Source of the DNA: Candidatus Multivorans sp.
Lineage (GTDB): Bacteria > Acidobacteriota > Thermoanaerobaculia > Multivoradales > Multivoraceae
NCBI GenBank assembly: GCA_965206765.1
Contig: OZ242222.1
Span: 23,730 to 87,729 of the forward strand
DNA length: 64,000 bases
Reading direction: 5' to 3'
Part shown: positions 29,874-38,627 of the stretch, piece after piece
Numbering within the stretch: the stretch's first letter is position 1
How the letters are laid out: each line of letters starts with the position of its first letter
Made by a program: the position numbers and the translations under genes
The notes under the pieces: model-generated
The model's database searches: none
Told to the model about the DNA's origin: nothing
What the model saw: the letters and a program-made list of their open reading frames with translations, nothing else

Positions 29874-30551
29874 TCAGCGGGCAAGAGGATGGGCCATCGA
29901 TTGAATTGCGGTGAGGTCAAGGGCTGCGATCGCGCGAGTTATCTGGCGGCCGATCAGGTCCATCGCGTTGAGTTGTTGGATGCGTGGCGCGACGCGGTCT
30001 ATGTCGTCGGTGAAGTGCGCGCGGAGGATGCCGCACGCGTCCGCGAGGCAGATCAGAGCAAGGTCTCGAGGATGCGGAATCTGGTCGGTGAACAGAAGCT
30101 CGGCGAAACGCGTCCGGGCATTGTACCGGGTCCTCCCGTCGACGGGAAAGTAGCGTGGAGACCTGAAGATCCACAGGTGCTCGATCGCCTCCTGAAACAG
30201 TCGCTTTTCCTCGCGTTTCAGGATGCCGCGTTCGACGAGGCTGGCCAACGCGTTCTCTTGAATCGAGGCTGTTTTCTCCCTGGCCAGCGTCTCTATCCAT
30301 AGCCTCGTGTCGTTGATCTCCTTGCTGTTTGTCATTCGTTCCAGCACATCGTCGAGTAACGGATCGCCGGTCGGCGCGCTGTCGACGACCAGCATTCGCT
30401 TTAGGTCGGTGTCGATGCGGCCAGCGAAAGCCAGTTCCATCAGCACGGCGCCCGCCATGGCAAGTTCGAGCGTGTTCTTTCCGACAGAAAGAAAGATCCC
30501 CTCGTCCTCCTCCAGCAGGAGGAGCAGCACTTCTTCCGAGAACGTCAGCAT
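29874..30551 (-). CDS. GPP34/GOLPH3-VPS74 family protein
   Basis: LTFSEEVLLLLL, AGAVLMELA..GRI, PTGDPLLD, LVERGIL, RY and P.PRD.ALI.L motifs. Confidence 0.85.
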   Translation of the reverse strand: MLTFSEEVLLLLLEEDEGIFLSVGKNTLELAMAGAVLMELAFAGRIDTDLKRMLVVDSAPTGDPLLDDVLERMTNSKEINDTRLWIETLAREKTASIQENALASLVERGILKREEKRLFQEAIEHLWIFRSPRYFPVDGRTRYNARTRFAELLFTDQIPHPRDLALICLADACGILRAHFTDDIDRVAPRIQQLNAMDLIGRQITRAIAALDLTAIQSMAHPLAR

Positions 30552-30571
30552 GGCACCGGAGGCCGGGATAG

Positions 30572-30634
30572 TACCACTGAGGCGCTACCACTGAGGCGCT
30601 ATCACGGAGGCGCTACCACGGAGGCGCTACCACG
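30572..30634. repeat. 14-bp minisatellite, 4.5 copies (TAYCACKGAGGCGC)
   Basis: taccactgaggcgc taccactgaggcgc tatcacggaggcgc taccacggaggcgc taccacg, in a divergent intergenic region. Confidence 0.92.
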
Positions 30635-30683
30635 CTCCGCCTCTGTGCCCTTGTCCATGGTGGAGTTGGTAGTCTCAGTCTCC

Positions 30684-31841
30684 ATGCGATCCTTTGCTCC
30701 CGTGGTACTGCTGGCAGGCGCCGCTGCTGCCGGCGGTTGCCTTGGCCCGGGGCTCGTGGACGTGACACGGCGCCCGTGGGGCGAAGTCGACGGCAAGGAG
30801 GTCGAACTGTTCCGCCTCGAATCCCGTTCAGGCGCCAGAGTCGAGATCTCCGAACTGGGGGGCGCGATCGTGTCGTTGACTGCCGCGGACCGGCACGGCG
30901 AGTTTGCCGATGTCGTGCTGGGCTTCGACGACCTCGAGTCCTACCTGGCCGACACGAACCCCTACTTCGGCGCCATCGTCGGCCGTTACGCGAACCGGAT
31001 CGCCGGAGGACGCTTCACGCTCGACGGTGAGACCTACACCCTGCCGCAGAACAACGGGGAGAACAGCCTCCACGGCGGCGTCCGAGGGCTGACTCGCGTG
31101 GTCTGGGACGGCGCACCGTTCGAAACGGAGACCGAGGCCGGAGTGTTGCTCCGGTACCGGAGTCCGGATGGCGAGGAGGGCTACCCGGGCAACGTGGACT
31201 TCCGGGTCCGGTACGTCTTGGTGGCCGGCGGCGATCTCCGCATCGAAGCGGAGGCCGTGACGGACGCACCCACTGTGGTCAACCTGTCCTTCCACTCCTA
31301 CTTCAACCTGAAGGGCGAAGGCGAGGGGGACGTCCTCGACCACGAACTCTCTCTGCCCAGCCTGGCCTACACCCCGGTTGGCGCCGACCTGATCCCAACC
31401 GGCGAGATCGCGTCCGTCCAGGGGACACCGATGAACTTCGTTCCCTTGACGCGGGTCGGCGACCGGATCGACGACGACTTCGAACAGCTTCGCTTCGGTG
31501 GCGGTTACGACCACAACTGGGTGGTACAGGAGTCTGGCGCCGCTGTTGCCGAACCGGAACCCGTGGCGCGGCTCCACGAACCGGAGAGCGGTCGGCTGCT
31601 CCTTGTCACGAGCACCGTCCCCGGCCTGCAGCTCTACACCGGCAACTTCCTCGACGGCACCCTGGTCGGCAAGAGCGGCCGGCCCTACGTCCGCCGAGGT
31701 GGTCTCTGCCTCGAGACGCAGCACTTCCCCGATTCCCCGAACCAGCCCGGGTTCCCCAGCACGGTGCTTCGACCGGGAGAGACGTACCGGCAGGTGACCG
31801 AGTATGTGTTCACGACGGACGAAGCCATGCGCCGGGAGTAG
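30684..31841 (+). CDS. galM: Aldose 1-epimerase (galactose mutarotase), lipoprotein
   Basis: GRYANRI, LHGG, EGYPG, HSYFNL, GYDHN and CLETQHFPDSPN motifs. Lipobox AGGC. Confidence 0.95.
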   Translation: MRSFAPVVLLAGAAAAGGCLGPGLVDVTRRPWGEVDGKEVELFRLESRSGARVEISELGGAIVSLTAADRHGEFADVVLGFDDLESYLADTNPYFGAIVGRYANRIAGGRFTLDGETYTLPQNNGENSLHGGVRGLTRVVWDGAPFETETEAGVLLRYRSPDGEEGYPGNVDFRVRYVLVAGGDLRIEAEAVTDAPTVVNLSFHSYFNLKGEGEGDVLDHELSLPSLAYTPVGADLIPTGEIASVQGTPMNFVPLTRVGDRIDDDFEQLRFGGGYDHNWVVQESGAAVAEPEPVARLHEPESGRLLLVTSTVPGLQLYTGNFLDGTLVGKSGRPYVRRGGLCLETQHFPDSPNQPGFPSTVLRPGETYRQVTEYVFTTDEAMRRE

Positions 31842-31902
31842 GCCGCAACGCCACTGGGTGCTCTGATCGAGGAGGAGCAGGTCGAGGAGATTCCTTCAGG
31901 CG

Positions 31903-31932
31903 TTGACGAGGATTCCAACAAGGGGTTAGTCT
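31903..31932 (+). promoter_or_regulatory. Sigma70-like promoter TTGACG-18-TAGTCT, leaderless vapB
   Basis: The -10 is 6 nt before ATG 31939 and there is no SD. Confidence 0.65.
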
Positions 31933-31938
31933 GGGATC

Positions 31939-32142
31939 ATGAAGACCACTGTTGATATTCCTCGTCGTGAGCTTGAGGATGCGATCAAGTTCACGAATGC
32001 GAAGACAAAGCGCGGGGCCATCGTCGGGGCCATTTCCGACTTCAACCGCCGGATGCGGATGGCGGAGCTGGCTCGATACGCGGGAACGTGCGACGACCTG
32101 ATGACGCCTGAGGAGCTTCAGGCGCTTCGTCGGCAGGGATAG
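31939..32142 (+). CDS. vapB: VapB antitoxin (DUF2191-like)
   Basis: MKTTVDIP..EL.DA..FT.AKTKR.AI motif. Confidence 0.85.
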   Translation: MKTTVDIPRRELEDAIKFTNAKTKRGAIVGAISDFNRRMRMAELARYAGTCDDLMTPEELQALRRQG

Positions 32143-32147
32143 CTCTT

Positions 32148-32531
32148 GTGATTCTGGTCGACACGTCGTCCTGGATCCATCTGCTGCGCCCGGATGGCGA
32201 CCCGGAAGTTCGTGCTCGGGTCGAAGAGGCTCTGACGTCCGGACGGGCTTGCTGGTGTCCGGTGGTGCAGCTCGAGCTCTGGAACGGCGCCCGCGGCGAT
32301 CGGGAGCGGAAGGTGCTCCGGAGTCTGGCCGACGCAGTGCCCGAGCTTCCCATCGACGAACATGTCTGGCGCGCCGCCTACGAACTGGCCCGGCGGTCCC
32401 GGAGGCACGGGGTTACCGTGCCGGCCGACGACATTCTCATCGCCGCCTGCGCCGAGCAACACGGCGCCGTCGTGGAAACCGCCGATTCGGACTTCGAGCT
32501 ACTGTCCTCGTTGGAGCGGCCGGCCGGCTAA
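32148..32531 (+). CDS. vapC: VapC PIN toxin
   Basis: ILVDTSSWI, ELW.G, D.LIAACA and DSDF motifs. Confidence 0.9.
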   Translation: MILVDTSSWIHLLRPDGDPEVRARVEEALTSGRACWCPVVQLELWNGARGDRERKVLRSLADAVPELPIDEHVWRAAYELARRSRRHGVTVPADDILIAACAEQHGAVVETADSDFELLSSLERPAG

Positions 32532-32652
32532 CCGAGTGGCCGCGTCCTCGCCCGCAACCCTGGCGACCGCGTCGCGTAGGTTAGAACCATAGAATGCGCG
32601 GCATGGAACGATCAGCCGGTGGGGTGCGTCCGCCGGGGCTACCGGTGCGCCG

Positions 32653-33885
32653 GTGAGCGCCCTGGCGAGTCCGGGAGGCGGCGCCGAGTCCCCGCCGCCG
32701 CGGCCCGATCTGTCCATCCTGCGCGACGACGACGAATACGAGTACCGGCCGCGCCGCGGCCGCTACATCAAGTGGGGCGTCTTCCTGGTGCTCGTCGTAG
32801 CAGCCGTCTACGCGTGGCGGACGGTGCGGTTCGAGCAGTACGCGCCGTGGCTCATGCCCGAGGTGGAGACGGCGACCGTTCAGCGGCTGACGGCGGAGCA
32901 GGCGTCGGCGGTGCTCAACGCGACGGGCTACACCTACGCTCGCGTGCGGGCCGCCGTGGGGGCGAAGATCACCGGCCGGATCACCGAGCTCTACGTCGAC
33001 GAGGGGGACGCGGTGGCGGCCGGGGATCTGATCGCCGTGCTGGACAGCGACGATCTGGAGGCTGCGGTGCGCCGGGCCGAGGCGGCCCTGCTCGAGTCGA
33101 CGGCGCGGCTCGCCGACGCGATGCGCGAGGAGGGGCGGCAGCGCCGAGTCGTCGAGGCGGGCGTGGCCCCCAGCGCCGACCACGACGCGGCGATCACGAC
33201 GCTCCAGGTGGCGAAGGCCCAAATGGGCACGGCGCGCGCCAACCTCGACTCGGTCCGGGCGCAGTTGGAGTACACGGTCATCCGCTCGCCGGTCGACGGC
33301 GTGGTCATCGAGCGCACGGTCGAAGTGGGCGAAATGGTGGCGCCAGGCGGGTTCACCAGCCAGCAGTCGACCGGGGCGCTGGTGCGGATCGCCGATCCGA
33401 CCTCCCTCGAGGTCGAGGCGGACATCAACGAGAGCTACATCGCCCGCATCGAACTCGGCCAGCCGGCGTCGATTCGGGTCGATGCCGTCCCCGACCACGA
33501 GTACAGCGGCAGCCTTCGGCAGATCGTGCCGACCGCCGACCGCCAGCGCGCCGTGGTTCAGGTCAAGGTGACGATCGACGACTGGGACGACCGCCTGGTG
33601 CCGGACATGAGTTGCACCGTGACGTTCCTGCAGGAGGGGACCGATCAAGCGGCTTTGGAGGCGGCGCCGAAGATCCTGATCCCGGCGACGGCGGTCCTGA
33701 CCGAGGGCGGCCGGAGCTACGCCTGGGTGGTTCGGGACGGCACCTTGGCCCGCTCGCCGATCGAGCTGGGCCTGGAGCAGGACAACGAGTTCGAAGTGCT
33801 GTCGGGACTGAGCGGCGGCGAAACGGTCGTCCAGCGGCCGTCGGCGGAACTGGTCGATGGGATGCGGGTGCGCGCGGTCTCCTGA
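32653..33885 (+). CDS. Efflux periplasmic adaptor (MacA-like)
   Basis: N-terminal TM, LNATGY, GRI.EL.V.EGD.V, IRSPVDGVV and EVEADINE motifs. Confidence 0.9.
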   Translation: MSALASPGGGAESPPPRPDLSILRDDDEYEYRPRRGRYIKWGVFLVLVVAAVYAWRTVRFEQYAPWLMPEVETATVQRLTAEQASAVLNATGYTYARVRAAVGAKITGRITELYVDEGDAVAAGDLIAVLDSDDLEAAVRRAEAALLESTARLADAMREEGRQRRVVEAGVAPSADHDAAITTLQVAKAQMGTARANLDSVRAQLEYTVIRSPVDGVVIERTVEVGEMVAPGGFTSQQSTGALVRIADPTSLEVEADINESYIARIELGQPASIRVDAVPDHEYSGSLRQIVPTADRQRAVVQVKVTIDDWDDRLVPDMSCTVTFLQEGTDQAALEAAPKILIPATAVLTEGGRSYAWVVRDGTLARSPIELGLEQDNEFEVLSGLSGGETVVQRPSAELVDGMRVRAVS

Positions 33886-33963
33886 CCGTCCGGAAGATGA
33901 TGACTGACACGGTACGAAGAGCGCGCGGAGCGCAAGCTCCGAGCGCCAAGAGGGAGTTGATCG

Positions 33964-34662
33964 ATGGCTGAAACCGTCGTCCAGTTGCGGGACGTGACGA
34001 AGAACTACCGGCGCGACGCCTTCGAGTTGAAGGTGCTGCAGGGGATCACCCTGGACGTCGAGCAGGGCGACTTCGTGGCGCTGATGGGGCCTTCAGGCTC
34101 AGGCAAGAGCACGCTGCTCAACCTGGTCGCCGGCATCGACCGGCCGAGCAGCGGCGAACTGACGGTCGCCGGGCAGCAGGTAAGCCGGCTGAGCGAGGGC
34201 AAACTCGCCCAGTGGCGCCAGCGGAACATCGGCTTCATCTTCCAGTTCTACAACCTGATTCCCGTGCTGACCGCCTATGAGAACGTCGAACTGCCGCTGA
34301 CGCTGCGTAGATCCTCCAAGGCGGCGCGCCGAAAGAGAGTCGAGACCGCGCTCGCCGTCGTCGGCCTGCAGAACCGGATGAAGCACTATCCGCGGCAGCT
34401 CTCGGGCGGCCAGGAACAGCGGGTGGCGATCGCCCGGGCGATCGTCACCGATCCGACCCTGCTGCTCGCCGACGAGCCGACCGGCGACCTGGACGCCGAC
34501 TCCGGCCGCGAAGTGCTCGACCTGCTCGCGCAACTGAACCAGCAGTTCAACAAGACGATCATCATGGTGACCCACGACCCGATCGCGGCGGCGCGCGCGA
34601 AGCGCCTGCTGCGTCTCGACAAGGGCCAACTGGTGTCGTCCGAGGTGGGGGGAGGAGCATGA
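33964..34662 (+). CDS. ABC transporter ATP-binding protein (MacB/LolD-like)
   Basis: GPSGSGKS, LSGGQEQR and LLADEPTG motifs. Confidence 0.95.
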   Translation: MAETVVQLRDVTKNYRRDAFELKVLQGITLDVEQGDFVALMGPSGSGKSTLLNLVAGIDRPSSGELTVAGQQVSRLSEGKLAQWRQRNIGFIFQFYNLIPVLTAYENVELPLTLRRSSKAARRKRVETALAVVGLQNRMKHYPRQLSGGQEQRVAIARAIVTDPTLLLADEPTGDLDADSGREVLDLLAQLNQQFNKTIIMVTHDPIAAARAKRLLRLDKGQLVSSEVGGGA

Positions 34663-35804
34663 TCAAGCTGATCCGGCGCAACCTGCTGCGCAACAAGCGG
34701 CGCACCTTCCTGACCATGGCCAGCCTGGCGATGGCCCTGTTCATCCTGGCGCTGCTCGGCGTGGTCAACGACGCGCTGAGCTTCGCCGACGAATCGTCGC
34801 TGCCCGATCGGCTGGTCGTTCGTAACGCGATCTCGCTCACCTTCCCGCTGCCCGAGGCGTACGAGGAGCGGCTGCGGACGATCGATCACGTCGAGGCGGT
34901 GACGCCGCAGAACTGGTTCCAGGGCGTCTACAAGGATCAGAGACCCGAGAACTTCTTCCCCCGCTTCACGATCGATCCGGAGACCTTCCGGGACGTCTTC
35001 TACGACGTCGAGTTCAACGAGGAGGAGTGGCAGGCCTTCGCGGCGCAGCGAACCGCCTTTGCCGCCGGCCGCACGCTGGCGGAGACCCAGGGCTGGGCGA
35101 TCGGTGATGTGATCGCGATCCAGGGCGACATCTTCCCGATCAACGTGGAGCTCGAACTGCGCGCGATCTTCGACTCCGAGGAGGAGGGACAGGAACGGCA
35201 GATCTTCTTCCACCGGCGCTACGTCGAGGAAGCGATGAACAACCCGGGCCAGAACGGCACGTACTGGCTGCTCCTCGACGACCCGGACGCGTCGCCGGCG
35301 GTGATTGCGGCTGCCGAGGCGATGTTCGAGAACTCGGACAACCAGGTGCGGGCGGAGACTGCGGAGGCGTTCGCGGCTTCCTTCACGGAGATGCTCGGCA
35401 ACGTCCAGTTCTTCTTCTCCGCGATCGGGTTGGCGATCGTCGTGTCGATCTTCCTGATCACCGCGAACACGATGGCGATGGCGGCGCGCGAGCGGACCAC
35501 CGAGGTCTCGGTGCTCCGCACGCTCGGTTTCCGCCGCAACCAGGTGATCGGCATGGTGATCGGCGAGTCGCTGGCGGTGGGCGTGTTCGGTTCGCTGTTG
35601 GGCATCGCCTTCGCGGCGGGCGCGCTCCAGGCTCTGGCGCCGGTCCTGGACGGGTTCGGTTTCGGGTTCGGCGGCTTCGGTCTCGACCGGCAGACGGCGG
35701 CCACCGCGGTCGCGATCGGCATCGCGATCGGGCTCCTGAGCGGCGTCTTCCCGGCGGTAGCCGCGGCTCGGCTCAAGATCGTCGACGGGCTGCGGAGGCT
35801 CTGA
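34659..35804 (+). CDS. ABC transporter permease (MacB/FtsX)
   Basis: RNLLRNKRRT and NTM....ERT.E..VLRTLGF motifs. Confidence 0.92.
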   Translation: MIKLIRRNLLRNKRRTFLTMASLAMALFILALLGVVNDALSFADESSLPDRLVVRNAISLTFPLPEAYEERLRTIDHVEAVTPQNWFQGVYKDQRPENFFPRFTIDPETFRDVFYDVEFNEEEWQAFAAQRTAFAAGRTLAETQGWAIGDVIAIQGDIFPINVELELRAIFDSEEEGQERQIFFHRRYVEEAMNNPGQNGTYWLLLDDPDASPAVIAAAEAMFENSDNQVRAETAEAFAASFTEMLGNVQFFFSAIGLAIVVSIFLITANTMAMAARERTTEVSVLRTLGFRRNQVIGMVIGESLAVGVFGSLLGIAFAAGALQALAPVLDGFGFGFGGFGLDRQTAATAVAIGIAIGLLSGVFPAVAAARLKIVDGLRRL

Positions 35805-35865
35805 CGGTGAATGGCTTCACGCGCGTGTCGGCAGCGCCCGGGCCCACGGAACTGGAGGCGGATCG

Positions 35866-37020
35866 ATGATCCCGATCAAGTACACCTACCGCAACCTGTT
35901 CGAGCGCCGGGGCGTGGCCTTCATGACCCTGGCCTCGATTGGCTTCGTCGTTCTCGTCTACATCGGCGTTCTCGCTCTCGCCGGCGGCCTGCGGGCAGCC
36001 TTTTCGGAGACCGGCGACCCTTCGATCGTCATCGTGATGAGGGACGGCACGCGCAGCGAGATGGAGAGTTCCTACGGTCAGGAGAGCCATCGTCTGCTGG
36101 CGGCGATGCCGGGGGTGGAACGCGGCGACGGGTCGGCGCTGGCGTCGGGCGAGACGGTGACGATTCAGATCTTCAAACGGGTGGACGGAACCGAGACGAA
36201 CGTGATGGTCCGCGGCGTCGAGCCGGCGGCGTTTACGATCCGGCCGACCTTCGAAATCGTAGAGGGCAGGGTCTTCGAGCCGGGGCGCGGCGAGATCATC
36301 GTTGGCCGCAGCCTCGCCGGCAGACTCGGGCTGCGGATCGGCGACGAGCGCAAGATGGGTCGTACCACGTTCCGTGTGGTCGGCACGTTCATGGGTGTTG
36401 GCGCACACGGCTCCGAGATCTGGGGCGATGCCCGCGATCTCGGCGACTCGTTCCGCCGCAGCGGTTACTACTCCTCGACGCGGCTCAAGACGGCTTCACC
36501 GGCCGCGACCCGGGATTTGATCGCGGCGATCAAGGACGATCAGCGGCTCCAGGTGTCCGCGGTGCCGGAGACCGAGTACTACGAGCAGCAGACGGATGCC
36601 GCCTCGGGCCAGTTCATCGTCCTCGGCAATGTGCTCGCGGTCCTGATGGCGGTCGGCGCCTGCTTTGCCGCCGCCAACACGATGTACGCCCAGGTCGCCG
36701 CCCGCTCCCGCGAGATCGGCACCCTGCGCGCGCTCGGCTTCCGGCGGCGCTCGATCATGGGCAGCTTCTTCCTGGAGGCGGTGCTCCTGGGCCTGGTCGC
36801 CGGCGGCTTCGGCGCTCTCCTCGCCCTGCCCCTGAACGCGATCCAGACCGGCACGATGAACCAGGTCACGTTCAGCGAGATCACCTTCCAACTGCGGACG
36901 ACGCCATTCGCGATGTTCTCCGGCATCTTCCTGGCGACGATCACCGGCGTCATCGGCGGCCTGCTGCCTGCGTTCGGCGCCTCGCGGCAGAAGATCACGG
37001 ACCTGTTGCGAGAGGCGTAG
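35866..37020 (+). CDS. ABC transporter permease (MacB/FtsX)
   Basis: NTMY..VA.R.REIGTLRALGF motif. Confidence 0.92.
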   Translation: MIPIKYTYRNLFERRGVAFMTLASIGFVVLVYIGVLALAGGLRAAFSETGDPSIVIVMRDGTRSEMESSYGQESHRLLAAMPGVERGDGSALASGETVTIQIFKRVDGTETNVMVRGVEPAAFTIRPTFEIVEGRVFEPGRGEIIVGRSLAGRLGLRIGDERKMGRTTFRVVGTFMGVGAHGSEIWGDARDLGDSFRRSGYYSSTRLKTASPAATRDLIAAIKDDQRLQVSAVPETEYYEQQTDAASGQFIVLGNVLAVLMAVGACFAAANTMYAQVAARSREIGTLRALGFRRRSIMGSFFLEAVLLGLVAGGFGALLALPLNAIQTGTMNQVTFSEITFQLRTTPFAMFSGIFLATITGVIGGLLPAFGASRQKITDLLREA

Positions 37021-37024
37021 CGGG

Positions 37025-37055
37025 CCTGGGAACGCGGGCGTCTCGCCCGCATCCG
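37025..37055 (+). repeat. REP-like palindrome copy 2
   Basis: cctgggaacgcgggcgtctcgcccgcatccg, 4 nt after a stop codon. Confidence 0.8.
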
Positions 37056-37106
37056 AGCGATGCCGCGGAGCGGCGAGCGATACTCCCCGTGTAACCTAGT
37101 CGGATA

Positions 37107-38627
37107 GTGCCTCCGCCCCCAGTCCGTCTTCGTCTCTTCCAAGCTTTCGCGCTCGCCCTCTCAGCGCTAGTCCTCGCCGCCTGCGCCGACGGCCCCGCCC
37201 CGAACTCGGCTACCGCGCCGCACCCCCTCCCGAACATCGTCCTCATCGTCCCGGACGATCTCGGTCGCCACGACGTCAGCTTCCACGGCGGCGAGATCGC
37301 GACCCCGAACATGGACCGCATCGCCGCCGAGGGGGTGCTGATCGAGCGCTTCTACAGCGCTCCCGTCTGCTCGCCGACGCGGGCGGGGCTGATGACCGGC
37401 CGCTACCCGATCCGTTTCGGGCTGATGCGGGCCGTGATCGCGCCGTGGCGGGACTACGGTCTCGACACGTCGGAGGTCGCCCTGCCGGAAGTGCTGGCTC
37501 GTGCCGGTTACGAGCATCGCGGCATCTTCGGCAAGTGGCACCTGGGCCACTTCGACCGCAAGTACCACCCGCTGCGCCGGGGCTTCACGGAGTTCGTGGG
37601 CCACAACACGGCGGTGGACTACTTCACCAAGGAGCGCATCGGCGAGCGGGACTGGAGCCACGACTACGAGTCGGTGGACGAAGAGGGGTACGTGACGGAC
37701 CTGCTGGCCGAGCACGCGGTGCGGTTCATCGACCGTCATGCCGGCGACCAGACGCCGTTCTTCCTCTACGTTCCGTTCAGCGCGCCGCACTCGCCGCTGC
37801 AGGCGAAGGAGGAGGATCTGCCGCGGTACGCGGACCTGGATGCACTCGAGCCGCCGCGCGGCTGGGAGGAATCGACCGCCGGCCGGCCGCTTGCCGCCGA
37901 CGATCGAAGGCAGAACGGCCGCCGCGTGCACGCCGCGATGGTCCATGCGCTCGATAACGGCGTCGGCCGCGTCCTCGATGCACTCGACGATCACGGCATC
38001 GTGGACAACACGCTCGTGCTCTTCTTCAGCGACAACGGCGGCTCCGTCGGCATCGGCGACAACGGCCCGTACCGGGGCGCCAAGGGCAGCGTCTTCGAGG
38101 GCGGCACCCGGGTGGCGGCAGCGGCGCGCTGGCCGGTGGGGAACATCTCGGGTGGCGGCCGGATCGAGGCGCCGGTGTCCTACATCGACGTGCTGCCGAC
38201 CCTGATGGGCATCGCCGGCATCGACGATCACGGCGGCAAACCGCTCGACGGACAGGATGTCGGCGACGTGCTGACGGGTGAGGCCGAGGCCGGTCCGGAG
38301 CGTGATCTCTACTCCTTCATCGCCCAACTCGACCCGGAGCGCGAGCAGGTCTCGGTGACGGAGGGGGAGTGGAAGCTGGTCGTCGTCGGGCCGCCGCTGG
38401 TTCGGGAGGGCTCTGCCGAGGCATCGCGCAAGCTGCTCTTCCGGCTCGACGAGGATCCCCTCGAAGAACGGGACGTGGCGGCCGAACAGCCCGATCTGGT
38501 GGCCCGCCTGCTTGAGAAGGCGACTGCGTTCCGCGCCCTGCAGCCCCCGAATCCGGTGGCGCCGTTCTTCACCGGCCGCGAAGACTTCCAGCCGCCGCCG
38601 AACTGGCAGTTCGCGGAGGAGGAGTGA
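37107..38627 (+). CDS. Arylsulfatase (arylsulfatase B-like) lipoprotein
   Basis: PNIVLI..DDLG, CSPTRAGLMTGRYP, GKWHLG and SDNGG motifs. Confidence 0.93.
   Translation: MPPPPVRLRLFQAFALALSALVLAACADGPAPNSATAPHPLPNIVLIVPDDLGRHDVSFHGGEIATPNMDRIAAEGVLIERFYSAPVCSPTRAGLMTGRYPIRFGLMRAVIAPWRDYGLDTSEVALPEVLARAGYEHRGIFGKWHLGHFDRKYHPLRRGFTEFVGHNTAVDYFTKERIGERDWSHDYESVDEEGYVTDLLAEHAVRFIDRHAGDQTPFFLYVPFSAPHSPLQAKEEDLPRYADLDALEPPRGWEESTAGRPLAADDRRQNGRRVHAAMVHALDNGVGRVLDALDDHGIVDNTLVLFFSDNGGSVGIGDNGPYRGAKGSVFEGGTRVAAAARWPVGNISGGGRIEAPVSYIDVLPTLMGIAGIDDHGGKPLDGQDVGDVLTGEAEAGPERDLYSFIAQLDPEREQVSVTEGEWKLVVVGPPLVREGSAEASRKLLFRLDEDPLEERDVAAEQPDLVARLLEKATAFRALQPPNPVAPFFTGREDFQPPPNWQFAEEE

Noticed and set aside
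30572-30634. Possible mini-CRISPR array
   Set aside because: The 14-bp units are contiguous with no spacers, and there are no cas genes.
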